Positions 39,203 to 49,365 of a stretch of 64,000 bases of DNA are shown one piece after another. The stretch spans positions 41,264-105,263 of IMG/VR virus record IMGVR_UViG_3300029288_000106. One strand, given 5' to 3'. This DNA comes from a virus (taxonomy: Duplodnaviria > Caudoviricetes). A program made the translations under genes and the position numbers. How positions within the stretch are numbered: the stretch's first letter is position 1; each line of letters begins with the position of its first letter. The notes under the pieces are model-generated. The model was given only the letters and a program-made list of their open reading frames with translations, made no database searches and had not been told where the DNA came from.

Positions 39203-39748
39203 TTATGGATTTGTACTTACAGTAGCACCTTTTATCGTTATGTCTCCAGAAGCTTCAATATTAGCATTACCAGAAGTAACTAAATTTACATCTCCTGTAA
39301 TTGTAATATTTAGCTGGCCTGGACTATTTATAGCTATATTTCCATTCGAATCATCAATAGATATTTCAACACCATTCTTAGTTCTCAATACCTTTTTAGC
39401 AGGATAGTTACTTAGCCTAGAATCTGGTAGTCCTTTAGTTGCAGTTGGTGCCTCAGCAAATACAATAGGCTGATTTATATCTCCGGCCTCAAAGAAAACA
39501 AAAACAAAGGTATTAATTTCTGGTACAGAAAATGCACCATATCCAACTCCAGATCCTACAAAAAGATTAGGAGCCAAAACAGCCCAAGGAAGATCTTCTG
39601 TTTCTATTCCATCAATAGGCATCTGAGAAGCTCTGGCTGTTTCTCTACTAATCAGCATAGGATAAATTTCTACCTTCACTCGACCTAGATATAAAGGATC
39701 GTTATTATCTAAAACTTTCCCCCTATAAAAGTATTTGTACTTTATCAT
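39203..39748 (-). CDS. baseplate spike (gp5/gpV-like, OB fold)
   Basis: YRGKV.DNNDP..LGRVKV, LPWA, VP.....VFVFFEAGD...P. Confidence 0.9.
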   Translation of the reverse strand: MIKYKYFYRGKVLDNNDPLYLGRVKVEIYPMLISRETARASQMPIDGIETEDLPWAVLAPNLFVGSGVGYGAFSVPEINTFVFVFFEAGDINQPIVFAEAPTATKGLPDSRLSNYPAKKVLRTKNGVEISIDDSNGNIAINSPGQLNITITGDVNLVTSGNANIEASGDITIKGATVSTNP

Positions 39749-40992
39749 TCTTTCCTCATTCTTCTGCTAGACCGAATTAATGTTGGTGACGATCCAGTAT
39801 TAATACCACTTCGGGTAAGAAGAAGCCTGGTGAGAAACACTTTTCCAAGGATATGAATAACTCTTTCTACTAACCAGTATCCTTGATATGTATGTATATT
39901 ATTTGCACTTCCAATATATGATCTTATCATAGGAAGCTCAACAATATCTCCAGGATATAAATCATTCACTCCTATAGTAGTTATCCATATCTTAGATAAA
40001 TTAATAAGTTTACAATAATGCTCATTGATAGCTTGAGCCTTTGGAATAGCCATGAAATCATTATTTCTGCCATAATAGGGTGCTGAAATATTATTTTCTG
40101 CTTTATCTTCTATATCTATTGAAAAATATTCAGATAAAGACAAAAAATGATCAAAAGCAAAACCATCTACTTCTTCAGTCATTTGATAAGATTGTCTAAT
40201 AAATTCACCACTCATGTAATCAAAATAAGAATAATCTTTTCCTAATAAACCAGTTGTTCCTAGTAACATTCCACTGTCAAACATTCTATATTCAAGAATA
40301 GGCAGATTTATTTCACTGGATTGTAAATCTTGTTTAACTGTATTTCCAAGTATAAAACTATATTTTGAATTTTCTTGACACATATCTAATAAATTTTTAA
40401 ATACAAATACTTTATCTGATTCAACACATTTAAAGAAAGAATAAAAACCAGCTTCTCCTTTGCTACCTAGAAGATTAGTTTTTAAAAAATTAATAAATTC
40501 TCCGTTAGGCCAATTTGCTTGTAATAAGATTTTCTCAGCAGTTAAAGAAGGACTAATTTCTGATAAATTAGCTCCCAACTCTTCTCCTAGTGATGTTAAA
40601 GAATTTCTAATTACTCCTGAAAATGCTCTTACTTTACTTGGAGAAAATAAATTATCCACTTTAAGTAATCCATTAAGGATATACTGTGAATCAGAATTAG
40701 GCTTCCGTCGATATATATCAAATTCAAAAACAGTAGCATTTTCTCTACCTTTTCCTAACAAACCTGAAACTTCAATAAATAATCTACCTAAATCTCGATC
40801 AAAAGGAACTACATGAGTAAAAAATCCAGCCGAATCTTGAAGAGTAAAATCAAGAGTAGGAAGGAATCTATTGATATCTTGAGTAATGTATAACTCGTCT
40901 ATTTGATTTGCATCAATAGCAAGAGGTGTTCTATCTCGAGATTCCCTACTTCGACGAAAAGTAATTGTCAAGTAATAAGGTAAATTTGTCAT
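39745..40992 (-). CDS. baseplate hub (gp27-like)
   Basis: Position before the spike gene; PGDIV, G.WLVERVIH C-terminal motif. Confidence 0.65.
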   Translation of the reverse strand: MTNLPYYLTITFRRSRESRDRTPLAIDANQIDELYITQDINRFLPTLDFTLQDSAGFFTHVVPFDRDLGRLFIEVSGLLGKGRENATVFEFDIYRRKPNSDSQYILNGLLKVDNLFSPSKVRAFSGVIRNSLTSLGEELGANLSEISPSLTAEKILLQANWPNGEFINFLKTNLLGSKGEAGFYSFFKCVESDKVFVFKNLLDMCQENSKYSFILGNTVKQDLQSSEINLPILEYRMFDSGMLLGTTGLLGKDYSYFDYMSGEFIRQSYQMTEEVDGFAFDHFLSLSEYFSIDIEDKAENNISAPYYGRNNDFMAIPKAQAINEHYCKLINLSKIWITTIGVNDLYPGDIVELPMIRSYIGSANNIHTYQGYWLVERVIHILGKVFLTRLLLTRSGINTGSSPTLIRSSRRMRKE

Positions 40993-41297
40993 CTTCTTAT
41001 CTTGTACTTTTGATAAAATTCGGTTATATCATGTAAATTAGGTAGCATTATTATATCTCCAACTTCCAAATCATCAAAAGGAGATATTATTTTATTAGCA
41101 ACAAGTATAACTTGCCAATACCTTTCAGTATTATAATTTTTCCACGAAATCAAATCAGGAACTCCAATATCTTCTTGCACAACTCTGTAATAAGCTGGAG
41201 TTCTTCTCATCTCAAAAGAAGAGATTGGATTATCAAGAAAATCCAATTCTTTAGCACCATCAACAGTAACAATTTTATGTATTTTAGTTAAATTCAT
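40989..41297 (-). CDS. LysM-like baseplate protein (gp53/gpX-like)
   Basis: PDLISW..Y....YW..I..AN.I..P...L..G..I.LP. Confidence 0.85.
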   Translation of the reverse strand: MNLTKIHKIVTVDGAKELDFLDNPISSFEMRRTPAYYRVVQEDIGVPDLISWKNYNTERYWQVILVANKIISPFDDLEVGDIIMLPNLHDITEFYQKYKIRR

Positions 41298-42148
41298 ACA
41301 TAATTCTCATAATTCCCTGCTCCAGATGCAATGGTATCTGGTTGAGAATCAATTCTAGTATATATATTATCAAGCGTTTCTTTAGTTATTATTTCATAAG
41401 TCTGAAATTGTATAGTAGCAAGAGCTCCAATTGGCATACCACCACTCAAAAATTTATTTGGTATTTCAATAGATATATTTTTAACAATAACATTCTTAAA
41501 GGTCAAAAATCGACCAAAAAATATGTCAATTTGTTCTTCAATGGGTATACTCTGCCCTAGATTTTCTAGTACATATCCTCTTAATCCAGCATATGGAGTA
41601 GGGCCAGGAGGAGATAGTAAAGATTCAAGCAAATATTTTTTTGCATTGCTTGAATCAGAATCATGACCACTAAATGGAAGACTAAGTCTCTGTAATTCTC
41701 TGCATGGAGCAACAACTTCTCTCTCAGCATTGTTAACAGCTTTAAATTGCATAGGAATAGAGAAAGAAATTGGATCTGTGCCTGTCCATAATCGCCTTGA
41801 TGTGTACTTTCCAACAAGGGATCTATATACTCCTGCGGTTGAAAGTTCTTCAGCAAGCTTAGTTGCAACAGATGCAGCAGTAAGCGAAGACCAATGAGCT
41901 TCGGTTTGCATAGAAAGTTTATCTTGAATTAATGCTGATATGATAACAGTTTTAACACCATTTCCTATATATCCAGATGGTCTATGATCTACAACACGAA
42001 GCATATACTCAGGAGCAGCTTCAGATTCTAAAACTCCTACAAACTCTATATCACTCTTTGCTTGAATACCAGAAATAACCCCAGTTTGATTTGCCGAAGT
42101 AAATATTTTTTCCCAAGTTACAAAATCCATATTACGATAATTTGGCAC
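41294..42148 (-). CDS. baseplate / tail tube initiator protein
   Basis: Synteny between tape measure and LysM genes. Confidence 0.5.
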   Translation of the reverse strand: MPNYRNMDFVTWEKIFTSANQTGVISGIQAKSDIEFVGVLESEAAPEYMLRVVDHRPSGYIGNGVKTVIISALIQDKLSMQTEAHWSSLTAASVATKLAEELSTAGVYRSLVGKYTSRRLWTGTDPISFSIPMQFKAVNNAEREVVAPCRELQRLSLPFSGHDSDSSNAKKYLLESLLSPPGPTPYAGLRGYVLENLGQSIPIEEQIDIFFGRFLTFKNVIVKNISIEIPNKFLSGGMPIGALATIQFQTYEIITKETLDNIYTRIDSQPDTIASGAGNYENYV

Positions 42149-43975
42149 TTATATATCTCCCATCACACCAAATGTATTCAAACGATTCAACAATGGATCA
42201 GATGAATCAAATGGTGGAACTAAAAACCCTCTTCCCAAAACAGGTTGTGTAGATTGAGATTTATTGATACCTTCATTAATTTTTTCAAGTAATTGAATTT
42301 GTTTTATTGCTAAATCTTCATTTGCTTTTTCAGTTAATTTTCTTTCAGAATTGACTTTCTCAACAGTCTGAGCATAATCTGGTGAATCCAGCACTTTAAC
42401 AGCTTCTCGAATATCTCGTTGGTTAAGTAAAAATAAATCTCGTTCAGCTTGTGTAGATAAATTAGAAGGAAAAATTGTTTCTGGTACAAGTTTACTAGAA
42501 AAACTATCTTCTTCACTAGTCTTCATAAAAGGAAATTTTTGTGTTTTCTTAAACCATTGCCATAAATCCTTGATAGCTCTAAACTGCTGTTGAGTTTTTT
42601 GTATACCATCTGTTGAAGACTTTGTCATACCTAAAGATTTTTCTAAATTATCTGTCTGCTCAAAAGTTGTATTAAATACAGAATGAGTATAATAGCCGAG
42701 TCTGTTCCAAAAGCCTTTTTTGCCTTGTCCTTCTGAAGAATTTAATTTATTTGTTAATTTTTTCCAAAAATCACTGGCCCAAACTACAGTTCCTGAAGCT
42801 AAAATTGTTGCTCCTCCTACTATAGCTATTGTTGTAATTCCGGATAAAAATCTTGTTAATGATGCACCTACTGCCCCTCCAATTATTGAATCTACAATTC
42901 CACCTTCGCTTCCTCCTGTTCCTCTCCCACCACGAAGAGCTTTCAATACATCTCTTGTCCATCCAGCTGTGTATGCTCTTTTGTTAAAGAAATAAAATAA
43001 AGATTCAGTTGATTCTTCTTTTTTCCTGCGACTGAGTAATCTAAAAGGTGTTCTACCAGAAGTAGATTCAGATAAACTAGGTTGATTAAATTGTGAAGTA
43101 ACATTAGGAGAACCACCAATATCTTCCTCTAAACTTGCATCTCCTCCTGATCTACCCATAGCCCAATTATATCCTCCTGCAAAAGGTCGACCCATTGCTT
43201 TAAATGGAGCAGCTATTCCTCGACCTAGTAATCTACCAGTACTAAGTAAACCACCACCGAAAGTGCTCCAAAATCTTTTTTCTCTGAGAGGATTGATTAT
43301 TCCTCTCATTGCTCCGCCGCCTAAAGCTCCAATGCTTCTTGCTCCCAGACCTAGAATTTTAGGTAAAGCTAAACCACCACCACTTAAAACAGCAGCAGGG
43401 CCAAAAGCAGGACCAAGTAAAGGTGCGGCAATTTGAGAAGCAAGACCAGCCCCAATAGCAAATCTTGGACTTATTCCAAATGTGTGAAGAGCTGATCCTA
43501 CTAATCCAGTTGCTCCATAATGATGAGACGATACTTTTTCTTGCTTTTGTCTTGAACTTTTATTTTTCAAAGTAACTAAAAAATTTAATTGTTTTTTATC
43601 GATTTGAGAAGTTTGATGTGCTGCATCAATAATATCTAGCATAGCCTTAGCTGTAGCTGGATCATTACTAAATACTTGTTGTAGATTATCTACTTCTACT
43701 TCAATTGTAGAAAGAGTTTTGTATAACTTCTCAACATCAACTTTTCGTGGAACGTCATTTGAATCTTTAGAAAAAACAACATCAATCAAACTAAGAGCTA
43801 TTTTTATAGAAGAAAGAATTTTTTCTACTTTCTTAGCTTCTTTATTTGCATTACCCAAATGCTCAACAAAAATAGAATGTAGAGTTTCAAGAAAAGGTAT
43901 ATAAAAATTCTGTAATCGAATTTTATATACTTTTGCTTCTGCCACACCAAAATTCTTTAGTACTGTTTTTGCCAA
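42149..43975 (-). CDS. tape measure protein
   Basis: 608 aa, Gly/Ala-rich hydrophobic core, lies downstream of the tube and chaperone genes. Confidence 0.6.
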   Translation of the reverse strand: MAKTVLKNFGVAEAKVYKIRLQNFYIPFLETLHSIFVEHLGNANKEAKKVEKILSSIKIALSLIDVVFSKDSNDVPRKVDVEKLYKTLSTIEVEVDNLQQVFSNDPATAKAMLDIIDAAHQTSQIDKKQLNFLVTLKNKSSRQKQEKVSSHHYGATGLVGSALHTFGISPRFAIGAGLASQIAAPLLGPAFGPAAVLSGGGLALPKILGLGARSIGALGGGAMRGIINPLREKRFWSTFGGGLLSTGRLLGRGIAAPFKAMGRPFAGGYNWAMGRSGGDASLEEDIGGSPNVTSQFNQPSLSESTSGRTPFRLLSRRKKEESTESLFYFFNKRAYTAGWTRDVLKALRGGRGTGGSEGGIVDSIIGGAVGASLTRFLSGITTIAIVGGATILASGTVVWASDFWKKLTNKLNSSEGQGKKGFWNRLGYYTHSVFNTTFEQTDNLEKSLGMTKSSTDGIQKTQQQFRAIKDLWQWFKKTQKFPFMKTSEEDSFSSKLVPETIFPSNLSTQAERDLFLLNQRDIREAVKVLDSPDYAQTVEKVNSERKLTEKANEDLAIKQIQLLEKINEGINKSQSTQPVLGRGFLVPPFDSSDPLLNRLNTFGVMGDI

Positions 43976-44185
43976 TGTATTGGACCTTGTCTTTCCAAAT
44001 TATTTTTTTCGGTTTCTTTTTTCTTCTGCTTAATACTTACTAATTTATCAAAAATCCACCACAACTCTTTTATTGTTGTTTCTTTTATATCGGAAACAAC
44101 ATGATAATATTGAAGATAAAAATTACGAGTTTTAATATTTTCAAAATCACTATTCAGTAAGAATAAATCTGTCGAATCGAAAGGG
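43957..44185 (-). CDS. gp51-like chaperone extension, probably reached by +1 frameshift from the upstream gene
   Basis: FENIKTRNFYLQYYH....E...ELWWIFDKL pattern; no independent start after the upstream stop; CCC TTT CGA at 44185-44177. Confidence 0.55.
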
Positions 44186-44839
44186 TATAAGCACTTCGCT
44201 TTCATACTCACATTTAGGACATTCAATACTAGCTTGCATATCGGGCCCATGAGTATATTTTACTCGCCAATCTCTTATTTTCTGAATTTCTGATCCTTTT
44301 GCTTTTCTCAAGAATTCTACTCGTTCAACAACATTAAATTCAGGATCATCTGGTAAGATTGTTAATGCATAATCATATAAATGTTTAGATTTTCCTGAAG
44401 GATCGTAATCTAAAATTTCTATTTCATCCCAGAGCGTAGGCAGTCGCAATTTTAACTTCTTTCCTTCAACTACAACTTCACCAGGTGGAACAAATGTTGT
44501 TGGTAATTCAACTGAATTTATCTTGTTTAAATCAGCCGATACATCGGAAAATTTTCCACAATTCATACATGCAAATCTAAACGGATATTTATTTGAATAC
44601 GAATTTATTACTAACCATAAAGCAATAAAATTTGCATCCCCCGAAGTAAGAATTTTTGGGTCAACACCTTGTAAAACACTTTGAAATACTTGAATTAATT
44701 TTTTCTTCACATTCTGCTTTAACACAGCAATTAATTCTTCCTCAGCTCCAGTAAGAGGCTTGATCTTAACGGTAGAGGGGTTGATTCCGTAAGTTATGCA
44801 TCTCGAAGGTAGTTCAATTTGAACAAAATTTGCACTCAT
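44150..44839 (-). CDS. baseplate hub assembly / tail chaperone (T4 gp26-like)
   Basis: LPS...Y, IKPLT..EE, two CxxC motifs; AAGGAG RBS. Confidence 0.75.
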   Translation of the reverse strand: MSANFVQIELPSRCITYGINPSTVKIKPLTGAEEELIAVLKQNVKKKLIQVFQSVLQGVDPKILTSGDANFIALWLVINSYSNKYPFRFACMNCGKFSDVSADLNKINSVELPTTFVPPGEVVVEGKKLKLRLPTLWDEIEILDYDPSGKSKHLYDYALTILPDDPEFNVVERVEFLRKAKGSEIQKIRDWRVKYTHGPDMQASIECPKCEYESEVLIPFRFDRFILTE

Positions 44840-44855
44840 CTTTTTTCTCCTTGTT

Positions 44856-45440
44856 TTATTTATTTATAAGTTTACTAGCAACAGATTTTACTCCACTTTG
44901 AACATCACTTATTACTTGACCTAAAGCTTCAAAATCAAAACTAATATCATCAAATCGAAGTGTAATTTCATGCTTCTTAACATCTTCTGTAGCATAAGCT
45001 AAATCATCGTATTTTGGAAAAGTTATTGGCCAAGCTCCTTTTAGAACTATCATATTTGATGGAATGCCGGTTCTATCAAAAAGAATAACATACACACGTT
45101 TCTTATATTGACTTGCTAAGCCATAAAGTCCTTTTTTATTAATTATCAAATCCCGCCAAGTATTGAAATATAAAGAAACAACATCTGGAACAGGAGCAAC
45201 AAAAGTTAAATATGCTGGCTGAAGTACAGCAGAATCAGGAAAGAATAGATTTCGGGCTCCTCTCTTTATTTCAACACTATTCAAATCATACTGACCTACT
45301 TTTACAGACTGACAGAATCTTGAAACAAACCATCCGTCTACAAGCATGTTATATAAAGAAGGAAGAATAACCTCAAAGTTATAAGTCCTTTGTATGCCCA
45401 AGTAAGATGGATATTTAGATGTTGTCTCAAGTAAATTCAT
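44856..45440 (-). CDS. tail tube-like protein 2
   Basis: R.YNFEV, YF..W, YKK.V.V.L.D..G, L.GAWP, L.FD. Confidence 0.7.
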   Translation of the reverse strand: MNLLETTSKYPSYLGIQRTYNFEVILPSLYNMLVDGWFVSRFCQSVKVGQYDLNSVEIKRGARNLFFPDSAVLQPAYLTFVAPVPDVVSLYFNTWRDLIINKKGLYGLASQYKKRVYVILFDRTGIPSNMIVLKGAWPITFPKYDDLAYATEDVKKHEITLRFDDISFDFEALGQVISDVQSGVKSVASKLINK

Positions 45441-45952
45441 TAATCAACCTTCAACCATTCATTGAAAGCCATAACTACACTAAAATCTAATTCTTTCTCA
45501 CTACTCTGATCAAGAGTTTTCTCTTCAATGAGTTTAGGATAACTTCCAGTCATTTTATATCTCATAGCAACCACTCCAGTTGTATTCAAAAGATTAAGAT
45601 ATAGGTCTCTTCGATATCCTGGTTCCCCTTGGCTCAATCCAGTTTTGATATCAACTATCATATTCATCCACTGATAGAAAGTAAGAAAGATTGCTCTATC
45701 TTCACCTTCATGGAATGTTAATGGTAAATGATGAGAAAGATTGAGTTTACCAGGATATATCACACCAGGCCCCTGTTTAAAGGGAATAATAATATCCCCA
45801 AAATCTCTTCCTGGCAGCACAGAACTTTTACATCGAAGCAATAAGCTTTGAACACTACCAAAAGGAGGATTAGGAAAAATCATTTCAAACAAGTACTCTC
45901 TTGCTGGATTGAGAAGATTATTACTCAATGCACTTGTAGCCATTTCAGCCAT
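45440..45952 (-). CDS. tail tube protein (T4 gp19-like)
   Basis: PAR.YLFE, LPG, F.QW, G.YP, F.V..A. Confidence 0.8.
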   Translation of the reverse strand: MAEMATSALSNNLLNPAREYLFEMIFPNPPFGSVQSLLLRCKSSVLPGRDFGDIIIPFKQGPGVIYPGKLNLSHHLPLTFHEGEDRAIFLTFYQWMNMIVDIKTGLSQGEPGYRRDLYLNLLNTTGVVAMRYKMTGSYPKLIEEKTLDQSSEKELDFSVVMAFNEWLKVD

Positions 45953-45985
45953 TTTTTATACTCCTTGTATATTAAAATTTAATTT

Positions 45986-47641
45986 TTAAAACATTACACC
46001 TTTAGCTATCAATTCAGTAAACGAAGCACCAGTTGTTGTAATAATTGTTTGAAGCTGAATTATACGAGCAACTCTGATAGGCTTGACAAATATATCAACA
46101 TGTAATTCAGTTCGATCTATAACAGTTGGTGTATTATTTGTAGTATCACAAACAACTAAAAATCCTTCGTCTCCTGCTTCTACTTGGAAAGCTCCTTTAG
46201 ATGCAAGCATACTTAAATATTCATCACACACAGCTTTAACTCTAAATCGAGTCAACTCATTATTTGGCTCAAACAAGAAGTCTTCCAGTGCAATTGAAAT
46301 TGCTTTTTCCATGACAATCAATAATCTGCGTACATTGATCTGACTCAAAGCTGAAGTCTTTTTCTGTTGTGTTAACTGATCAAATATTGTTGTTCCTCTT
46401 CCTCTGAAAAATTGAATTGGATTAATACCAACAGCACACAACGAATCCATTTCACCTTGCGTAAATGGATCATCTTCTACTATCCCCAATACATCAAGCT
46501 TTCCTCTATTATGCCCAGCAGGAGCAGTCCACGGTTCTCCAACATAATCATTATAAGCAAACTGAGCTGCAATATAGCCGGAGGCTGGAACTTCAAGTAC
46601 CCTATCATTATAAGGATCGTTTATTTTTACCCATCCAGCATAAAGAGCTGTATAACTTGAATCATAAGCTTGAGTTGTATTTCTATATGTAAGCATCTTA
46701 TCAATACTATCAATTTCATCATAAGGAATATCTAGTATTCCCATGCAATCTTTTCTATACTCAGCAACTGCTTTTATTGCATCCTGTATAGTTTTGACGT
46801 CATCAGTTGTATGAGATGAAGTAAAACATCCACCAATAAGTATTCGAATATCATAGTTAGCTGGATTGTAGAATGAATACCAACCAGATCCAGATGCTTG
46901 AACACCAGCAATTTGATTAGCTGTTGGAATTGATCCATCACTACCACCGCCAAGACTTACAGCTGTAGTATTGCCTTTTGGTACTTCTGTATCTGCTCTG
47001 TTTGTATTATCTGCCACAACTATATAATCACTAGCATCATTAATTACAGATTCAAGATAGAGTTGCTTACCATTACCATCTATTTTATTCTTCTTCGATA
47101 CTTTCCATTTTTCAACCAGAGTTGTATTTCCCTCTGAATCTGTGAAATACACGTTAATAACAAAGGTGTATTGATCTGTAACAACTTCTTCTGTTCCATC
47201 TTTTATATTTGTAATTGTAATGCTAATATTCTCCCCCCAAACTCCTGGATCTTTTGCAAAAATTGAAAATAGCTCATCAGCAAAATCTGAATCCACAAAA
47301 TATGTGGGTGTTGACTGTCCGATAGAAAAGGCTTCACTATCTCCAGATGCTTCATCAGTCATAACATGCATACCTGGATATAATGCACCATTTATTACTC
47401 GCCTGCAATACAACTGAATACCTTTAGTAAGAAATGCTAGTGCAGAATAATGAAAGTAATTTCCAGGCACAGGTTCACCATATTCAGCAATAAACTGCTG
47501 TTGAGTAGTGATCAACCTAACACTCGTGCTGCCTTTTACAGAATATCCAACCAGTGCACCTGTAGTTGTGGATATTGCAGGAACAAGAGTTGACAAATCT
47601 TTTTCTTTCGAATAAACACCTGGGCTAATGTAAATTCCCAT
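45986..47641 (-). CDS. tail sheath protein (T4 gp18-like)
   Basis: SPGVY.KE.D, W.APAG..RG, INPI, INVRRL, LFEPN, VVCD.TNN. Confidence 0.95.
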   Translation of the reverse strand: MGIYISPGVYSKEKDLSTLVPAISTTTGALVGYSVKGSTSVRLITTQQQFIAEYGEPVPGNYFHYSALAFLTKGIQLYCRRVINGALYPGMHVMTDEASGDSEAFSIGQSTPTYFVDSDFADELFSIFAKDPGVWGENISITITNIKDGTEEVVTDQYTFVINVYFTDSEGNTTLVEKWKVSKKNKIDGNGKQLYLESVINDASDYIVVADNTNRADTEVPKGNTTAVSLGGGSDGSIPTANQIAGVQASGSGWYSFYNPANYDIRILIGGCFTSSHTTDDVKTIQDAIKAVAEYRKDCMGILDIPYDEIDSIDKMLTYRNTTQAYDSSYTALYAGWVKINDPYNDRVLEVPASGYIAAQFAYNDYVGEPWTAPAGHNRGKLDVLGIVEDDPFTQGEMDSLCAVGINPIQFFRGRGTTIFDQLTQQKKTSALSQINVRRLLIVMEKAISIALEDFLFEPNNELTRFRVKAVCDEYLSMLASKGAFQVEAGDEGFLVVCDTTNNTPTVIDRTELHVDIFVKPIRVARIIQLQTIITTTGASFTELIAKGVMF

Positions 47642-47663
47642 TTTAACAATCTCCTAATATTTA

Positions 47664-48380
47664 TTAAGTTACAATTTTTGTAAAAAGCTTTAACGCAGCT
47701 TCTAGTTCTATATTTTGATCTGAATCCACAACAATAATTTCTTCATAGTTTACAGTCTCTAGATCATCTTTGTCATAGCAAGAAATATGAATAGAAGTAA
47801 TCACTCCTTCTTCAGATGGAACAGTAAATACCATACCATCTAAAGATATAGAAGTTTTCTGAATATACATCCTGCCCTTCTCAAATTGTTGATCTACTGT
47901 TGACTCATCTATAATTCTATTAAAATGCAAATCGTAAGATAATGGATATATCTCTCTGTATTGCATGTACAAATTTGGATCATCTTGTTGCCAGAAGAGA
48001 TAAGTTTCAATAATGCTATTCAATTTATCTCTATCATGAGTCCAGAACCAAACATCAAAAGTTAAAGCCACTGGAATAGCTTTTATATTTGTATAAATAA
48101 TTCTTTGACCTTCATCAGTATAATTAACATCAACACCTCTTCGGGCAGCTGGCGTACTCATTCTCTTCCAATCTAAAACTACGTCGGTTCGCCAGATATT
48201 AATAAACTCAAGTTTAGTTTTATTCTTTTTCTCAGCAAGTTCTCGTAATGCAGTTTCTTTTGGATAAAATACAACACTTTTATTTACACTCTCTAGACTG
48301 AGTATATCTGAAAACTTTGTAAACAATAAAGTTCTCAATCCTACATCAATCAAACCTAATGTTGTTGTTGGCTGTGGCAT
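47664..48380 (-). CDS. tail terminator/completion protein (gp15-like)
   Basis: Synteny upstream of the sheath gene; PV.LTFDV.FW motif. Confidence 0.55.
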   Translation of the reverse strand: MPQPTTTLGLIDVGLRTLLFTKFSDILSLESVNKSVVFYPKETALRELAEKKNKTKLEFINIWRTDVVLDWKRMSTPAARRGVDVNYTDEGQRIIYTNIKAIPVALTFDVWFWTHDRDKLNSIIETYLFWQQDDPNLYMQYREIYPLSYDLHFNRIIDESTVDQQFEKGRMYIQKTSISLDGMVFTVPSEEGVITSIHISCYDKDDLETVNYEEIIVVDSDQNIELEAALKLFTKIVT

Positions 48381-48586
48381 TGTTCACTTAACATTCTAAT
48401 AAACTGATCTGAAACTCTTTTTACAAAACTTTTTGGTACCCTTGTTATCATACTTTTAATAACTTTCTCTGGAAAAGATTCAACTTCAAATACTACACCC
48501 AATTCTCTATATCCTTTATATTGAGAAAATATAGCATTAGCTAAAAGTTTTTCTGATGCTTGATTGGTATCAAATTTCTTAGCCAT
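48356..48586 (-). CDS. hypothetical protein
   Basis: ORF track; overlaps neighbours. Confidence 0.5.
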   Translation of the reverse strand: MAKKFDTNQASEKLLANAIFSQYKGYRELGVVFEVESFPEKVIKSMITRVPKSFVKRVSDQFIRMLSEQCHSQQQH

Positions 48587-48782
48587 CTATTCTCTGCTTT
48601 CCACTTGGTCTAACAATCTCATTCAGACTTGGTGTTATTTCTACACCACTCCATTTTTGATCATCAGCTATCTCAATATTCTCAGCTTGACTACCAGGAG
48701 GTAAATTTATAGTTCCTCCACTTTTAAGTGCAACTGAAACATTATCAGTTAACGATTTATTTTTTACTTTTGATGCAAACAT
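48579..48782 (-). CDS. small virion-associated hypothetical protein
   Basis: AAGGAG RBS before the ATG at 48782; ends ...SLNE. Confidence 0.6.
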   Translation of the reverse strand: MFASKVKNKSLTDNVSVALKSGGTINLPPGSQAENIEIADDQKWSGVEITPSLNEIVRPSGKQRIDG

Positions 48783-48813
48783 CTTTTTTCTCCTTGTTCT
48801 AATACTTGAATAA

Positions 48814-48872
48814 CTTAGGAGCACGCGTGCTCCTTAATGATCTTCCGCTGGTTAATACAAATACACTAATCA
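48814..48872 (-). repeat. intergenic palindrome element (core 48819-48832)
   Basis: Reverse complement TGATTAGTGTATTTGTATTAACCAGCGGAAGATCATTAAGGAGCACGCGTGCTCCTAAG. Confidence 0.9.
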
Positions 48873-48881
48873 AATTAAAAT

Positions 48882-49355
48882 TCAACTTGCTATTCTCCTT
48901 GGCACTGCTTTCCACCGCTCAACTGCTACTGCATCATGAGCATTATAAATAATCGGAGTAGTTAATATAAATTCTTCATTACCATCAAAACCAGTATTAG
49001 TCGGAATAAAAGCAATATCAACTTTAATATAGCTTTTTCTTAATATATTAATCTTCACTAGATTTCCATTATCATCTACAGCTTCAGTTGGCATCCACAC
49101 AATTAAAGGCAATTCATTTTCAACGTAAATACCTAAAGCTTCTAGTCGATGTATATTAGGAGCCCATTCAATATGAGCTTGACAGGTATAATGAATATAT
49201 TCAATATCGTCAGGTGTCTCATAAACATCATAAGCTTCGATAGTGCCTAAATTAGATGGAATATACAAGTCAATGTCTATGCCTATAGCACCAATTGAAA
49301 TGTTATTTACACCCTTCAAATAATTAATTGTTTCTCTAGGTATTATCTTTGACAT
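48882..49355 (-). CDS. head closure / neck protein (gp14-like)
   Basis: GIDIDLYIP, L..LGI, synteny; start probably MSKIIP at 49355. Confidence 0.5.
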   Translation of the reverse strand: MSKIIPRETINYLKGVNNISIGAIGIDIDLYIPSNLGTIEAYDVYETPDDIEYIHYTCQAHIEWAPNIHRLEALGIYVENELPLIVWMPTEAVDDNGNLVKINILRKSYIKVDIAFIPTNTGFDGNEEFILTTPIIYNAHDAVAVERWKAVPRRIAS

Positions 49356-49365
49356 AAATCTTTCA

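Noticed and set aside
31199-49355. Extracellular contractile injection system or T6SS rather than a phage
   Set aside because: Linked helicase, primase, neck genes and phage-type early genes indicate a phage; no Afp15/ClpV ATPase or membrane complex is seen.
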